Below the pieces are notes generated by a model that was given only the letters and a program-made list of their open reading frames with translations, did no database searches and had not been told where the DNA came from. This document shows, piece after piece, positions 39,243 to 49,326 of a stretch of DNA of 64,000 nucleotides. The translations under genes were made by a program, and so were the position numbers. The stretch is from positions 768,001 through 832,000 of the forward strand of contig CAWCUS010000001.1 in the NCBI GenBank assembly GCA_963798845.1. The letters are read 5' to 3'. The stretch's first letter is position 1, and each line of letters begins with the position of its first letter. The stretch comes from an uncultured Gemmatimonadales bacterium. GTDB lineage: Bacteria; Gemmatimonadota; Gemmatimonadetes; Longimicrobiales; RSA9.

Positions 39243-39629
39243 CTATTGCACCGGCACCTGCAGATAGAACGGCTGCCCGCTCTGCAGCGCCCGTTCCAGG
39301 TCCTGGCGGTTGTCGACCAGATCCATGTCCTCGCCCGTGCCGCCGCCCGCGGCACACGTGACCTTGATGCTCATCGGCGTGTACAGGTTGAACGTGATGA
39401 ACGTGGCCAGCATGTTCAGGAACGAGTGGACGGTCTCGACCTGCGCCACCCCGTTCGGGCACCGCGACGCAGTCTCCACCGTGGCGGGCGGTACCAGCCC
39501 GGCGACGAAGCCGTGGGCCCACGGGACTTCAATGGTCTCGCTGCCCATGGGCTTGCCGGTGGTGATGGTGGCGTGGTAGCAGCCTGTGCCGAGGAGTGCA
39601 ACCGCGAGGAGAGCGGACAGCCGCTTCAT
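39243..39629 (-). CDS. Bor/Iss family lipoprotein
   Basis: SD GGAGG; lipobox GTGC; F..GL...CPNGVAQVET..SFLN.L...T..LYTP....VTC pattern of lambda Bor-like proteins. Confidence 0.8.
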   Translation of the reverse strand: MKRLSALLAVALLGTGCYHATITTGKPMGSETIEVPWAHGFVAGLVPPATVETASRCPNGVAQVETVHSFLNMLATFITFNLYTPMSIKVTCAAGGGTGEDMDLVDNRQDLERALQSGQPFYLQVPVQ

Positions 39630-39787
39630 ACGGACCTCCGTTGGGTAGGGATGGTAAGGACCGGTGCGACGTCTCGGTCCCGTCGCGCGCAGGATGCGCC
39701 GCGGCGTATATGTATTCCGGGTTCCGGTCGCGAGGGCAAGGAAGTCGTGGCCGCGCCGGGCGCACCCAGGCGCCCGGCACCCCGGCC

Positions 39788-41074
39788 TCACGAGCGCCGT
39801 TTCCGCTCCGACGCCCGGGCTTCCCGCACCGCCTCGAGGCTGGCGAGCTTGCTCTCAAGGCTGCCGTACGCCCGCTGAGACATCCACTTGGCGTCGGCCG
39901 CCGTGACCTGCTCGCGATCGAAGCGCTCCGCCATGTCTCGCAGGTCCTCCAGCTCGTCCACCAGCCCGGGATCACCGGGCGCCACGGGCTCCAGCTTCTC
40001 CGCCAGGCGACGCAGCTTGCGGGCGCCTTCCTCGAACGCCCCGCGCTCCCGGTCTCCCAGCGCCGCCTCCCGCGTGCTCGCCGCCTCCAGCAGCAGCAGC
40101 TCCCGGCGCACCTCCGGCTCCACCACCGCCGCCCCGGCGCGCGCCACCCGGATCGGCAGCTTCAGGGTCCGCTTCTCCACACCGCCCGCCGGGAGCAGGA
40201 CGTGCCCCTCGACGGTGAGGATGGCGACGTCGGGCTCGGCGTCCCCGTCGTCGCCGATGAGGAACTCCATGAGGAGGGATCTGGGCTCGAGGGCATAGAG
40301 ATCGCCGAGCTCGAGGCGGAAGGACCCGTCGTCGCCCTGCTGACGCGGGTAGTGGTGCAGGACCTTGATGTGCTCCGCGGCCGGGGCCGGGGCCACGGTG
40401 ACTGCCACGTTCTGCGCGGCGAGCGCCATGAGCCCCTCGATCTCGGCCTGGAACACCGCCGGCGCCTGGTCCGGCGCCTCGATGTAGTACGTGCTTCCGC
40501 CGCCGGCATCGGCCAGCCCCCGCAACAGCCGCTCGTCGTAGTCGGCGCCGAAGCCGATCGTGGTCGTGCTCACGCCCCTGGCCGCGGCCGTCGCCACCAG
40601 CTCCCGCAGCCGCCCGGGCTCGGTGATCCCCACGTTCGCCAGCCCGTCCGTCATCAGGAGCACGCGGTTGACACCCCCCTCCACCAGCGCTTCCGCCACC
40701 AGCTCGCGGCCGCGCAGCCACCCGCCCGACAGGTTCGTCATCCCGCCCGTCCCGATGGTCTCGATGCGGGCCAGCAGCTCCTGGCGTCGCGCGCCCTCCG
40801 TCCGACCCGCGACGGTGCGCACGTCATCGTCGTAGGCGACGATGCTCGCGACGTCCTCGTCGCCCAGCCGCCGCACCAGCAGGCTCGCCGCCTCCTTCGC
40901 CCGCTCCAGCTTGCCCAGCCCCGCCATCGAGCCGGAGCGGTCCAGCACGATGCTCAGGTTCAGTCCCGGCCGGTCCTCCGCTTCCGGCGCTTCACCCGTG
41001 ATGCGCAGCAACACCCGCACGAGGTAGCCCCCGTCCGCCACCGGCTCATGGTCCAGCAGGATCTTCGTGTCCAT
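39788..41074 (-). CDS. vWA domain protein (YfbK/Ca-activated chloride channel-like)
   Basis: LNLSIVLDRSGSM (MIDAS), GGMTNLSGG, VLLMTDGLANVG, IGFGADYDE.LL..LA..GGG. Confidence 0.88.
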   Translation of the reverse strand: MDTKILLDHEPVADGGYLVRVLLRITGEAPEAEDRPGLNLSIVLDRSGSMAGLGKLERAKEAASLLVRRLGDEDVASIVAYDDDVRTVAGRTEGARRQELLARIETIGTGGMTNLSGGWLRGRELVAEALVEGGVNRVLLMTDGLANVGITEPGRLRELVATAAARGVSTTTIGFGADYDERLLRGLADAGGGSTYYIEAPDQAPAVFQAEIEGLMALAAQNVAVTVAPAPAAEHIKVLHHYPRQQGDDGSFRLELGDLYALEPRSLLMEFLIGDDGDAEPDVAILTVEGHVLLPAGGVEKRTLKLPIRVARAGAAVVEPEVRRELLLLEAASTREAALGDRERGAFEEGARKLRRLAEKLEPVAPGDPGLVDELEDLRDMAERFDREQVTAADAKWMSQRAYGSLESKLASLEAVREARASERKRRS

Positions 41075-41177
41075 TTCGGATGCCCTCCACGGCCTCCGTC
41101 CCGCCCCCCATGGGCCGGACACGCCAGAAGGTAGGGATGGGGTGTGACAGACCTCCACGCGGAGGCCACCAGCGCGG

Positions 41178-42254
41178 CTACGGCGTGACGAGCAGGAAGG
41201 CGAATCCGAAGAGGGCGTAGACGGCCAGGAGCAGCACTCCCTCGAACCACGTCACCTCACCGTCCTGGGCAATGGCGTTGACGATGAAGGCTACGCTGGC
41301 GATGGCGATCAGCTCGACCGGGTTCTCGAACACCAGGTTCATGGGAGAGCCCATGGCGTAGGAGACCAGCACCAGCACGGGCGCCAGCAGCAGCGCCACC
41401 TGGATGGTCGAGCCCACGGTGATGCTCATGACCAGGCTCATCCGCCCCTCGCGGGCGAAGTGCACTGCGGACACGTACTCCGCGGCGTTGCCCACCACTG
41501 CCAGCACGATCACGCCCAGGAAGAACGTCGACAGCCCGAACCCCTCGGCCGTGGCTTCCAGCGCCCCTGCCACGAGCTCGGCTTCGAGCGCCGTCACGGC
41601 AGTGCCGCCCGCCAGGACCAGGAGCGAGAGCCAGACGGGCCAGGCTCCGCCCTCGTCGCCCCCGCCTTCATCGTCGTCGCGGGCGAACACATCCCTGTGG
41701 GTCACGAACGTGTACGCCAGGTTCGCAACGTAGACGACGACCAGTACGGCAGCCACGCCGAGGCTCAGCGTCTCGTCCAGCGCCGAGACCGTGGCCGCGC
41801 CCTCCAGCCCCCGCTCCATGTAGTCGAACAGCGCCGGGAGCATGAGCGCGATCACCGACAGGATCAGCAGGCTCGACAGCAGCCCCGCGCGCTGGCGGTT
41901 GAACGTGCGATGCTCCCGCCCCCACGTCCCCACCACCACCGCCAGTCCCAGCCCCAGCAGGCTGTTTCCGATGATCGAGCCCGTGATCTGCGCCTTCGCC
42001 ACAGCCGCGTTCCCCGCGGCCAGAACGAACAGCGCCAGCACCAGCTCCGCCGTGTTTCCGAACGTGACGTTCAGCAGACCGCCGATGGCCGAGCCCGCCC
42101 GCCGCGCCAGGTGGTCCGTGGCTTTCCGGATCCACTCCGCCAGAGGCGCGATCGCCGCCACAGCCGTGACGAAGACCCAGAGCGGCGAGGCGTGGACCAC
42201 GTGCTCGAGCGCCAGGGAGATCGGGACCAGGACGAGCAGCCAGGCGGAGATCAT
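41178..42254 (-). CDS. cax: Calcium/proton exchanger (CaCA family)
   Basis: Alpha-1 [21 protein letters not shown]; alpha-2 [17 protein letters not shown]. Confidence 0.93.
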   Translation of the reverse strand: MISAWLLVLVPISLALEHVVHASPLWVFVTAVAAIAPLAEWIRKATDHLARRAGSAIGGLLNVTFGNTAELVLALFVLAAGNAAVAKAQITGSIIGNSLLGLGLAVVVGTWGREHRTFNRQRAGLLSSLLILSVIALMLPALFDYMERGLEGAATVSALDETLSLGVAAVLVVVYVANLAYTFVTHRDVFARDDDEGGGDEGGAWPVWLSLLVLAGGTAVTALEAELVAGALEATAEGFGLSTFFLGVIVLAVVGNAAEYVSAVHFAREGRMSLVMSITVGSTIQVALLLAPVLVLVSYAMGSPMNLVFENPVELIAIASVAFIVNAIAQDGEVTWFEGVLLLAVYALFGFAFLLVTP

Positions 42255-42363
42255 GCGCGCCAATGTGGCCGCCGACGCCGCGGGGCGAAAGCGCAGGAAG
42301 CACCCGGCCGGGCCGAGAGGGCCCGTCGCCCTTCCGCCCTCACGGCCACCCCGCCGACGGCCC

Positions 42364-42388
42364 TTGACCTCGTCCCTAACGTTAGGGA
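42364..42388 (+). promoter_or_regulatory. Perfect 16-bp palindrome TCCCTAACGTTAGGGA next to TTGACC (candidate operator)
   Basis: Seen directly in the divergent intergenic region between cax and the oxidoreductase. Confidence 0.5.
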
Positions 42389-42422
42389 TCGGTCGTCCCC
42401 CACCCTGTCCGGAGGCCTCACC

Positions 42423-43100
42423 ATGAACATCGGGATTCTCGGATCCGGCGCAGTCGGCCAGAGCCTGGGCACCGCGCTGGCGCGCCAGGGCCACGAGGTC
42501 GTGCTCGGGACTCGCACTCCGGAGGAGCTCGAACGCCCGCGCGGGCACGGCGCCGCCTCCCTCGCCGTGTGGCGCCAGCGCGCCGGAGCCAGCGCGCGTA
42601 CAGGCACGTTCCCGGAAACGGCCGCCCACGGCCACGTCATTCTCAATGCGACGAACGGCGCGGGATCACTCGACGCCCTTCGCGCCGCCGGAGCTCCCAA
42701 CCTGCGCGGGAAGGTCCTCATCGACATCTCCAACCCGCTGGACTTCTCCCACGGCATGCCGCCCACCCTCTTCGTTGCCAACGACGACTCGCTGGCCGAG
42801 CGCATCCAGGCAGCGTTTCCCGAGACGCGGGTCGTCAAGACCCTCAACACCACCAACGCGCTCGTGATGACGGACCCGGCCCGGGTCGGCGGCGGAGACC
42901 ACACACTGTTCGTCAGCGGGAACGACCCCGAAGCGAAGCGCCAGGTCATGGACTGGCTCCGCGAGTGGTTCGGGTGGCGCGACATCATCGATCTGGGCGA
43001 CATCACCACCGCGCGCGGAGCCGAGATGCTCCTCCCGCTCTGGCTCCGACTCATGGGAGCGCTCGGCACGCCCATGTTCAATTTCAAGATCGTGCGCTGA
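42423..43100 (+). CDS. NADP oxidoreductase, F420-dependent NADP reductase-like family
   Basis: [19 protein letters not shown]ossmann motif; [30 protein letters not shown]. Confidence 0.88.
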   Translation: MNIGILGSGAVGQSLGTALARQGHEVVLGTRTPEELERPRGHGAASLAVWRQRAGASARTGTFPETAAHGHVILNATNGAGSLDALRAAGAPNLRGKVLIDISNPLDFSHGMPPTLFVANDDSLAERIQAAFPETRVVKTLNTTNALVMTDPARVGGGDHTLFVSGNDPEAKRQVMDWLREWFGWRDIIDLGDITTARGAEMLLPLWLRLMGALGTPMFNFKIVR

Positions 43101-43128
43101 CCCGCCGGAGCGACGGTCCAGGCCGGAG

Positions 43129-43284
43129 TGTGGAATCGATGCCACATTGTCGCCCATCCGCGCTACAGTTTGCAGCATCGCCGCACTCCCGGGCCACGGT
43201 TGCCTGCAATGTGGACTCGTCACGCCTGCTGCAGGGTTTCAGGCTGCCCACGGATCATTGGCTCGTGCACGGCATGTTGGTTGC
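43129..43284 (+). promoter_or_regulatory. Sigma-54 (-24/-12) promoter with upstream enhancer-like palindrome
   Basis: cGGCATGTTGGTTGC at 43270-43284 (GG-N10-GC); TGTGG-N8-CCACA at 43129-43146, about 125 bp upstream. Confidence 0.6.
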
Positions 43285-43340
43285 CGGATAAAAACATGCT
43301 GGACTCTCCTTCCGCCACCGCCCCTGTCCAAGGAGGTCGC

Positions 43341-43997
43341 ATGAAGCGTTGCACGGTCCTCGCTGCGCTCCTGTTGTCGGTCGCGCTGGTCGTTCCCGGC
43401 GGCCACGCCGCGGCGCAGACGCAGCTCATCGGGGACAAGGATTGCTTCGGGTTCGGCGCGTATCCGTGTTCCGAGCTTACGGACATCACGCTGGGCGTCG
43501 ACCGGCGGAGCGCCTCGGAGGCGGCCGCGGCCAATGGCGCCCAGCAGACGGATTTCTATTCCAGCAACTTCTCTCCGCTGCCGACGATTTTCGACGTCAT
43601 CTTCCCGCTGTCGACGAACATCTTCAGCGCGGCGCTGAAAGTCGGGATGTGGGGCTTCCAGTCCGGTGATCTCAGTGCGTACACGGTGTGGCTGAACGGG
43701 GTGATGCTGCCGAACTTCTTCTTCTTCCAGGATGGCCCCTATGCGGTAGTGGAGCGCACGTTCAACTTCAATGCCGCGCAGATCGCGGCCATGAACGGGG
43801 ACGGCGAGTTGAGGCTGACCATCGACCGCGGGACGAGCATCGACGCGACGGGCTTCGACTATTTCCAGCTCGACTACGGGATGGACACCGGAAACGGGAC
43901 GGGAACCGTGCCCGAGCCCGCGACCGTCGTGCTGCTGCTTTCCGGACTCCTCGGCCTTGGATTCGTGGCGCGACGCAGGGGCGCCGACACGGCCTGA
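43341..43997 (+). CDS. PEP-CTERM sorting domain-containing secreted protein
   Basis: SD AAGGAGG; signal peptide; C-terminal VPEPATVVLLLSGLLGLGFVARRR. Confidence 0.92.
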   Translation: MKRCTVLAALLLSVALVVPGGHAAAQTQLIGDKDCFGFGAYPCSELTDITLGVDRRSASEAAAANGAQQTDFYSSNFSPLPTIFDVIFPLSTNIFSAALKVGMWGFQSGDLSAYTVWLNGVMLPNFFFFQDGPYAVVERTFNFNAAQIAAMNGDGELRLTIDRGTSIDATGFDYFQLDYGMDTGNGTGTVPEPATVVLLLSGLLGLGFVARRRGADTA

Positions 43998-44050
43998 AGC
44001 CCGGGAGGTGCGCGCAGGCCGCCCGGAGCGGCCACGACCTCCCGCACGAA

Positions 44051-44083
44051 GCCCCGCCTGGCGCCACGGCGTCAGGCGGGGCT
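44051..44083 (+). terminator. GC-rich hairpin after the PEP-CTERM gene
   Basis: GCCCCGCCTGGCGCC-AC-GGCGTCAGGCGGGGC; no clear U tract. Confidence 0.4.
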
Positions 44084-44373
44084 CGAGCATCCGGGTCCTC
44101 GGCGGCGCCGGGCCACACACGCGTCGGCTTGATCCGGCAGGCGCGCGCGCCGGATCGCGCCCGGCCCACCCGAAACCCGTTCCATCGAAACGTTGCACCG
44201 CCCCTCACGTGAAACGTCCCCGGGCGTTTCATGAAACAGGCCGTCCGGCCGCCCCGGATGCCCCTGATCATCGGCAACGCGTTGCCACGGCAGGAGTTGC
44301 GGCGTCCCGGCCACAGGGGCGTCACCCTTGCCACCGTGCAGGCTGTCCACTCACCTCACACGGAGGAAGGAAG

Positions 44374-44742
44374 ATGATGAGAAAGATCTTGCTGTTCGCG
44401 CCGATCCTGCTGTTCGCCGCCTGTGCGGACCAGCCCGATCCGCTGGCGCCGGAGACCAATGCCCAGTTCGCAAGGCACGCGCCCCCGGGCCGCGGCGGTG
44501 CGCTGGGCGCCGTGTATGTCACGAGCCAGGGTCTGTACTACGACACGTTCGTGGCCGCCGAAGTGCTCCCCAACAAAGGACCCTTCCAGAAGCTCGACAG
44601 CGGCATGACCGAGTGGGGGCCCGGCCAGCCCGGTTACCTCGGAGGTCGCTGGTGGGAGGACACGAACCACAACGACATCCGGGACGACACCGACACCTAT
44701 CTTCTCTGTCCGCTCCTCGGTCCGGGGCGCGAGACGCCCTGA
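44374..44742 (+). CDS. Small hypothetical lipoprotein
   Basis: SD GGAGGAAGG; MMRKILLFAPILLFAAC lipobox; GC3-biased codons. Confidence 0.75.
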   Translation: MMRKILLFAPILLFAACADQPDPLAPETNAQFARHAPPGRGGALGAVYVTSQGLYYDTFVAAEVLPNKGPFQKLDSGMTEWGPGQPGYLGGRWWEDTNHNDIRDDTDTYLLCPLLGPGRETP

Positions 44743-44950
44743 CCGCTGCCGCCGAGGCCGACAACGGGTGGCCGAAGCCTCACGACGGAAGCCTCGCCTG
44801 GCGCCGCGGCGCCAGGCGAGGCACCCTCGCAGTCCGCCACCGCGCCGTGTGCCGCGCGCAGCGCGCTCGCCGAGAGCCTTCCCTTCTGCGCCCCCTCCGT
44901 GTACTCTTGTGGGGCATTTCCCTACAGCCCCTCACGGAAGGCGCCCTCCC

Positions 44951-46423
44951 ATGCCTCGCGGCAGCCGGTGGCCTCCGGGAACGGCTCCCGCACCACCGGG
45001 CGCGCACCGCGCTTCCTGCCGGCCGGAGTACGCCCTCGCGCTGCTCGCGCTGCTGGCCGTCGCCGATCCGTCCGCGCCGTTGCTCGCGCAGGCGGGGGAC
45101 GCCCTCCGCTCCCCACCGACGCTGAAGGACCGGTCCGCGAGCCCGGACACGGTGGAGGTGAGCCTCACCGCTGCGCCTGCGCGCCTCGTGCTCCTCCCCG
45201 GTGCGCCCGCCACGGACGCCTACGCGTACAACGGCACCGTGCCCGGCCCCACGCTGGACGTCCGCGAGGGCGAGCACGTGATCGTCCACTTCCGCAATGA
45301 GCTGGAGGAGCCGACCACCATTCACTGGCACGGTCTGCACCTGCCGGCGGGGGCGGACGGGAGCCCGTTCGACCCGGTCCCGCCCGGCGGGACGTACGAC
45401 TACGTGTTCGACGTGCCGGTCGGGACGGCGGGGACGTACTGGTACCACCCGCACCCGGATCGGACGACGACCGAGCAGGTGGCGCACGGGCTTTACGGCG
45501 CCGTCATCATCCGGGCCGCGCACGACCCGCTCGAAGGAATCCCGGAACGGCTGCTGATCCTGTCGGACAACCGGTTCCGCCCGGACGGCTCCATCGACCT
45601 CCCGGCTCCGGACTCCCGGCAGGGGCAGATCGACCTCGAGAACGGGCGGGAGGGAAACGTCCTCTTCGTGAACGGCCAGGTGATGCCGACGCTGCGGATC
45701 CGTAGCGGCGAGGTGCAGCGTTGGCGGGTGGTGGACGCGGCCGCCGCGCGCGTCTACCGGCTCGCGATTCCGGGGCAGAGCCTCCTCCACGTGGGCAGCG
45801 ACGGCGGTCTCTTCGAGCATCCGCGCGAGGTGCCCGACATGGTTCTGGCCAACTCCGGCCGGGTCGAGCTCCTGGTGCGCGGCTCGGCCCCGCCTGGGAG
45901 CACGGCCACCCTCCGGACGCTCCCGTACGACCGCTACGACCCGCACACACGCCCCGCCGACTGGGACCGCCCGCGCGACCTGCTGACGCTCCGGTATGAC
46001 GACGCGCCGGCGGTGCCCCCGGTCGCCGTCCCGTCGACGCTCCGCGCCGTGGCCGCTCTCGACACGACTCGTGTCGCCGAGCGCCGCGTCCTGGTCTTCA
46101 GCCAGGGAATGATCGACAACAAGAAGATGGACATGAACCGGGTCGACCTGGTGGCGCACCTGGGGACCACCGAGATCTGGGAGGTCGACAACGTGGTGGG
46201 CATGGACCACCCGTTCCACCTACACGGCTTCCGCTTCCAGATCCTCGACCGCGACGGCGTTCCGGAGCCGTACCCCAGCTGGAACGACACGGTGAACGTG
46301 CCGAAGCACGGCTACGTCCGCATCGTCGTCCGCTTCGACGATTTCGCAGGCAAGTGGATGTACCACTGCCACATCCTCGACCACGAAGACGCCGGCATGA
46401 TGGGCATCCTCCAGGTGCAGTAG
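44951..46423 (+). CDS. Three-domain multicopper oxidase (laccase/CueO-like)
   Basis: HWHG, YWYHPH, HPFHLHG, YHCHILDHEDAGMM copper motifs; N-terminal hydrophobic signal; start approximate. Confidence 0.93.
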   Translation: MPRGSRWPPGTAPAPPGAHRASCRPEYALALLALLAVADPSAPLLAQAGDALRSPPTLKDRSASPDTVEVSLTAAPARLVLLPGAPATDAYAYNGTVPGPTLDVREGEHVIVHFRNELEEPTTIHWHGLHLPAGADGSPFDPVPPGGTYDYVFDVPVGTAGTYWYHPHPDRTTTEQVAHGLYGAVIIRAAHDPLEGIPERLLILSDNRFRPDGSIDLPAPDSRQGQIDLENGREGNVLFVNGQVMPTLRIRSGEVQRWRVVDAAAARVYRLAIPGQSLLHVGSDGGLFEHPREVPDMVLANSGRVELLVRGSAPPGSTATLRTLPYDRYDPHTRPADWDRPRDLLTLRYDDAPAVPPVAVPSTLRAVAALDTTRVAERRVLVFSQGMIDNKKMDMNRVDLVAHLGTTEIWEVDNVVGMDHPFHLHGFRFQILDRDGVPEPYPSWNDTVNVPKHGYVRIVVRFDDFAGKWMYHCHILDHEDAGMMGILQVQ

Positions 46424-46452
46424 CTCCCGAACCCCCCTAGCAGGAGGCGCGC

Positions 46453-47709
46453 ATGTCGCACTGGCCGAGAGCGGTCGTCGCCGTCACGCTGACGGTGATC
46501 GCCGCCGCCGCGTTCACCGTCCCTCGCGTCGAGCCGGAGCAGAACGCCCAGCAACCCCAGCAGATCGCCAGAGGGCGCTACCTGGTGATCAGCCACGCCT
46601 GCGGTGAGTGTCACGGCGGCGGCGACAATCCGGCGGCGAAGGGCTGGCTTGCCGGATCGACCGGGCCTGAAACGGAAAGCCGGATCGGACCTCCTCCATG
46701 TGGTCTGGGTGTCCCGGCGACCGGCTGCTTCACCACGCGCCCGCGCAACCTCACTCCGGACAACCTCACCGGACTCGGCCGCTTCACGGAACGCCAGATC
46801 TTCAACGCGCTCCGCTACGGGCTGCGTCCTGAAGACACGCCGGACCTGGAGATCACCTCCAGCACGCCGGGGAAGGGGAACTTCCCGGAGCACCCGCACT
46901 ACCTCGCGCCGCCCATGCCGTGGCCGGTCTGGCGGCACATGCCGGACGAGGATCTGCGCGCGATCGCCGCGTACCTGAAGCACGGCCTCAAGCCTGTGCG
47001 CCACAAGGTGGCCGACAGCGAGGGGCCGCCCGACTTCTGGGCGGGCGCCTACACCGAGAATGCGATCGGGGCGTATCCGGCCGCGGCATACCCCACGGCG
47101 AACGAGCGCACCGTCCCCGCGACGGACCGGGATCTCGTGCTGCGCGGCCGCTATCTCGTCATCAGCCACGGGTGCGCCGACTGTCATCGCGGCCCGGCCC
47201 CGGACTCGAAGGGCTGGCTCGCCGGGATCACGGAACCCTCGCAGGACTTCGTCATCGGCCCCTGCCTCGCCGATCCCGCGGCGAAGCCGTGCTTCCACGG
47301 CCGGCCCAGCAACATCACCCCCGACGACGCCACCGGGATCGGCCGCTACACGGAGCGCCAGATCTTCAACGCCCTGCGCTACGGGCTGCGCCCCGAGCAC
47401 ACGCCGGACGTCGACATCACGTCCTCCACCCCCGGGCAGGGGAACTATCCCGCAGCCCCGGACTACCTGGGGCCCTTCATGCCGTGGACATCCTTCCGGT
47501 TCATGCCCGACGAGGACCTGCACGCCATCGCTGCGTACCTCAAGCGCGGGCTCGAGCCGGTGAGCAACAAGGTCCCCGACAGTGATCGGACCCCGGACCT
47601 CTGGGCGAGCGCCGTCACGGCGGAAGCGATCGGCCCCTATCCACCGGCCCCGTTCCCCACGGCCAACGAGGTGAGAGTCGGCATCGCGAGCGCGGGCGGC
47701 GGGCGGTAG
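46453..47709 (+). CDS. Secreted dihaem c-type cytochrome made of two tandem repeats
   Basis: SD AGGAGG; RGRYLV..CGECH and RGRYLV..CADCH; N(L/I)TPD..TG.G; MPW axial Met; AIAAYLK in each half. Confidence 0.88.
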   Translation: MSHWPRAVVAVTLTVIAAAAFTVPRVEPEQNAQQPQQIARGRYLVISHACGECHGGGDNPAAKGWLAGSTGPETESRIGPPPCGLGVPATGCFTTRPRNLTPDNLTGLGRFTERQIFNALRYGLRPEDTPDLEITSSTPGKGNFPEHPHYLAPPMPWPVWRHMPDEDLRAIAAYLKHGLKPVRHKVADSEGPPDFWAGAYTENAIGAYPAAAYPTANERTVPATDRDLVLRGRYLVISHGCADCHRGPAPDSKGWLAGITEPSQDFVIGPCLADPAAKPCFHGRPSNITPDDATGIGRYTERQIFNALRYGLRPEHTPDVDITSSTPGQGNYPAAPDYLGPFMPWTSFRFMPDEDLHAIAAYLKRGLEPVSNKVPDSDRTPDLWASAVTAEAIGPYPPAPFPTANEVRVGIASAGGGR

Positions 47710-47790
47710 CGCGCGCCCGCCTGAGGGGGCGTCCCGCCCGGCCCGCTGCACCCGTCCTGCGGGATGCAGCGAGCCGGTCGCGGCGGCGCG

Positions 47791-49167
47791 TCAGGAGCCT
47801 GCAGCCACGTTCTGGTTCAACCGGAACACGTTGTCCGGGTCCCAGCGCCGCTTCGTCTCCGCCAGCCTGCCGTAGCCCGCGCCGTAGTTCGCCGCCACCC
47901 TCGCGTCGTCGTCCGGTGCCATGAAGTTCGTGTAGCCGCCGTCGAACCCGGACCAGGGATGCAGCGCTGCGTAGTAGTCGCGCACCCAGGCGGTGTTCGC
48001 CGTGTCGTTCGCCGGGTCCGGCCAGGTCCCGACCACGTTGAGCACGAAATCGGCATCCCTGTGGGCGAACGCCGTCGCCTCCGCGGCGACGTCCCGGACG
48101 GCTCCGCCCAGTGGGTAGATGTGCATGGTCGACATGACGGTCGGGACACGGGGCCCGTGCTCCACGTGCACCGCGATCGCCTCGGCTGGCAGGTCCCGCA
48201 GGAAATCGGACTTCCAGTAGTGCCGGAGCCCGGGCGGAAGCAGCGCGTCGAACGCGCTCTGGAGCGCCGGGAAGGGCACGGGACCGACGTGCTCCGCGAC
48301 CACCGGCCCCGCCGCGCGGATCGGACGCAGCACCTCCTCGCTCCGCCCCGGGTCGCCGGTCCAGCACACCACCAGCAGGCACAGCGGCTCCCCGTGCCGC
48401 CCCTCGGGGATGAACGGAAGCGGTGGAGCGATCTGGAAGCCGACGAAGGCACCGAGCTCGCGCGGCGCACTCCGGATGTGGTCCCGGAAGAATGCGAGCA
48501 CGTCCGCGGCGGCGCTCAGCTCGAAGAAGATCGGCCCGCCCACCACCTGGTCCACGGGGTGCAGCCGGAACTCGAACGACGTCACCACCCCGAAGTTGCC
48601 GCCCCCGCCGCGCAGCGCCCAGAACAGATCCTCGTTCTCGTCCTCGCTGGCCCGCACCAGCCGCCCGTCCGCGGTCACCACGCTCGCGGACACGAGGTTG
48701 TCGCACGTCAGGCCGAAACGGCGGGAGAGATAGCCCACGCCGCCGCCGAGGGTGAGGCCCCCGATCCCCGTGGTCGAGATGAAGCCGGCGGGGACGGCCA
48801 TGCCGAACGCGTGCGTCGCATGATCCAGGTCGGCGAGGCGTGCGCCTCCGCCCACCCTGACCCCCCGCCCCGCCGGATCCACGTTCACGTTCCGCAGACC
48901 TCCCAGGTCGAGCACCACACCGTCGCACGTCCCGTAGCCCGGGACGCTGTGACCACCGCCGCGTACCGCCAGCGGCTTCCCCATCTCTCCGGCGGCGCGC
49001 ACGGTCGCGATCACATCCGCCTCGTCGCATGCCCGCACCACCACCTCTGGACGGCGGTCGATCATCCCGTTGTAAACGGCGCGCGCGCCGTCGTAGGCAG
49101 GGTGATCCGGTCCGATGACGTCGCCTCTCACGCTCTGGGAAAGACGATCCACGACAGTTTGCGGCAT
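47791..49167 (-). CDS. FAD-linked oxidoreductase (VAO/berberine bridge enzyme-like)
   Basis: RGGGHS covalent-FAD motif; GGLTLGGG; DLFWALRGGGGNFGVVT; Y.NF; KRRWDPDNVF..NQN. Confidence 0.93.
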   Translation of the reverse strand: MPQTVVDRLSQSVRGDVIGPDHPAYDGARAVYNGMIDRRPEVVVRACDEADVIATVRAAGEMGKPLAVRGGGHSVPGYGTCDGVVLDLGGLRNVNVDPAGRGVRVGGGARLADLDHATHAFGMAVPAGFISTTGIGGLTLGGGVGYLSRRFGLTCDNLVSASVVTADGRLVRASEDENEDLFWALRGGGGNFGVVTSFEFRLHPVDQVVGGPIFFELSAAADVLAFFRDHIRSAPRELGAFVGFQIAPPLPFIPEGRHGEPLCLLVVCWTGDPGRSEEVLRPIRAAGPVVAEHVGPVPFPALQSAFDALLPPGLRHYWKSDFLRDLPAEAIAVHVEHGPRVPTVMSTMHIYPLGGAVRDVAAEATAFAHRDADFVLNVVGTWPDPANDTANTAWVRDYYAALHPWSGFDGGYTNFMAPDDDARVAANYGAGYGRLAETKRRWDPDNVFRLNQNVAAGS

Positions 49168-49326
49168 AGGGGCCTCGCAGGTTGGGGTGAGGAGAGCGCG
49201 GGACGCATGGACTTTAGGGTCGCGATCCGGACATGGACAAGAGGGTCAATGTCGCGCTCCCCGGCGGCACGTTTCTTGTCGTTCTTCGCAGCAACTTCAT
49301 CTGTTTCTCGAGCGGAGGCCGACAGC

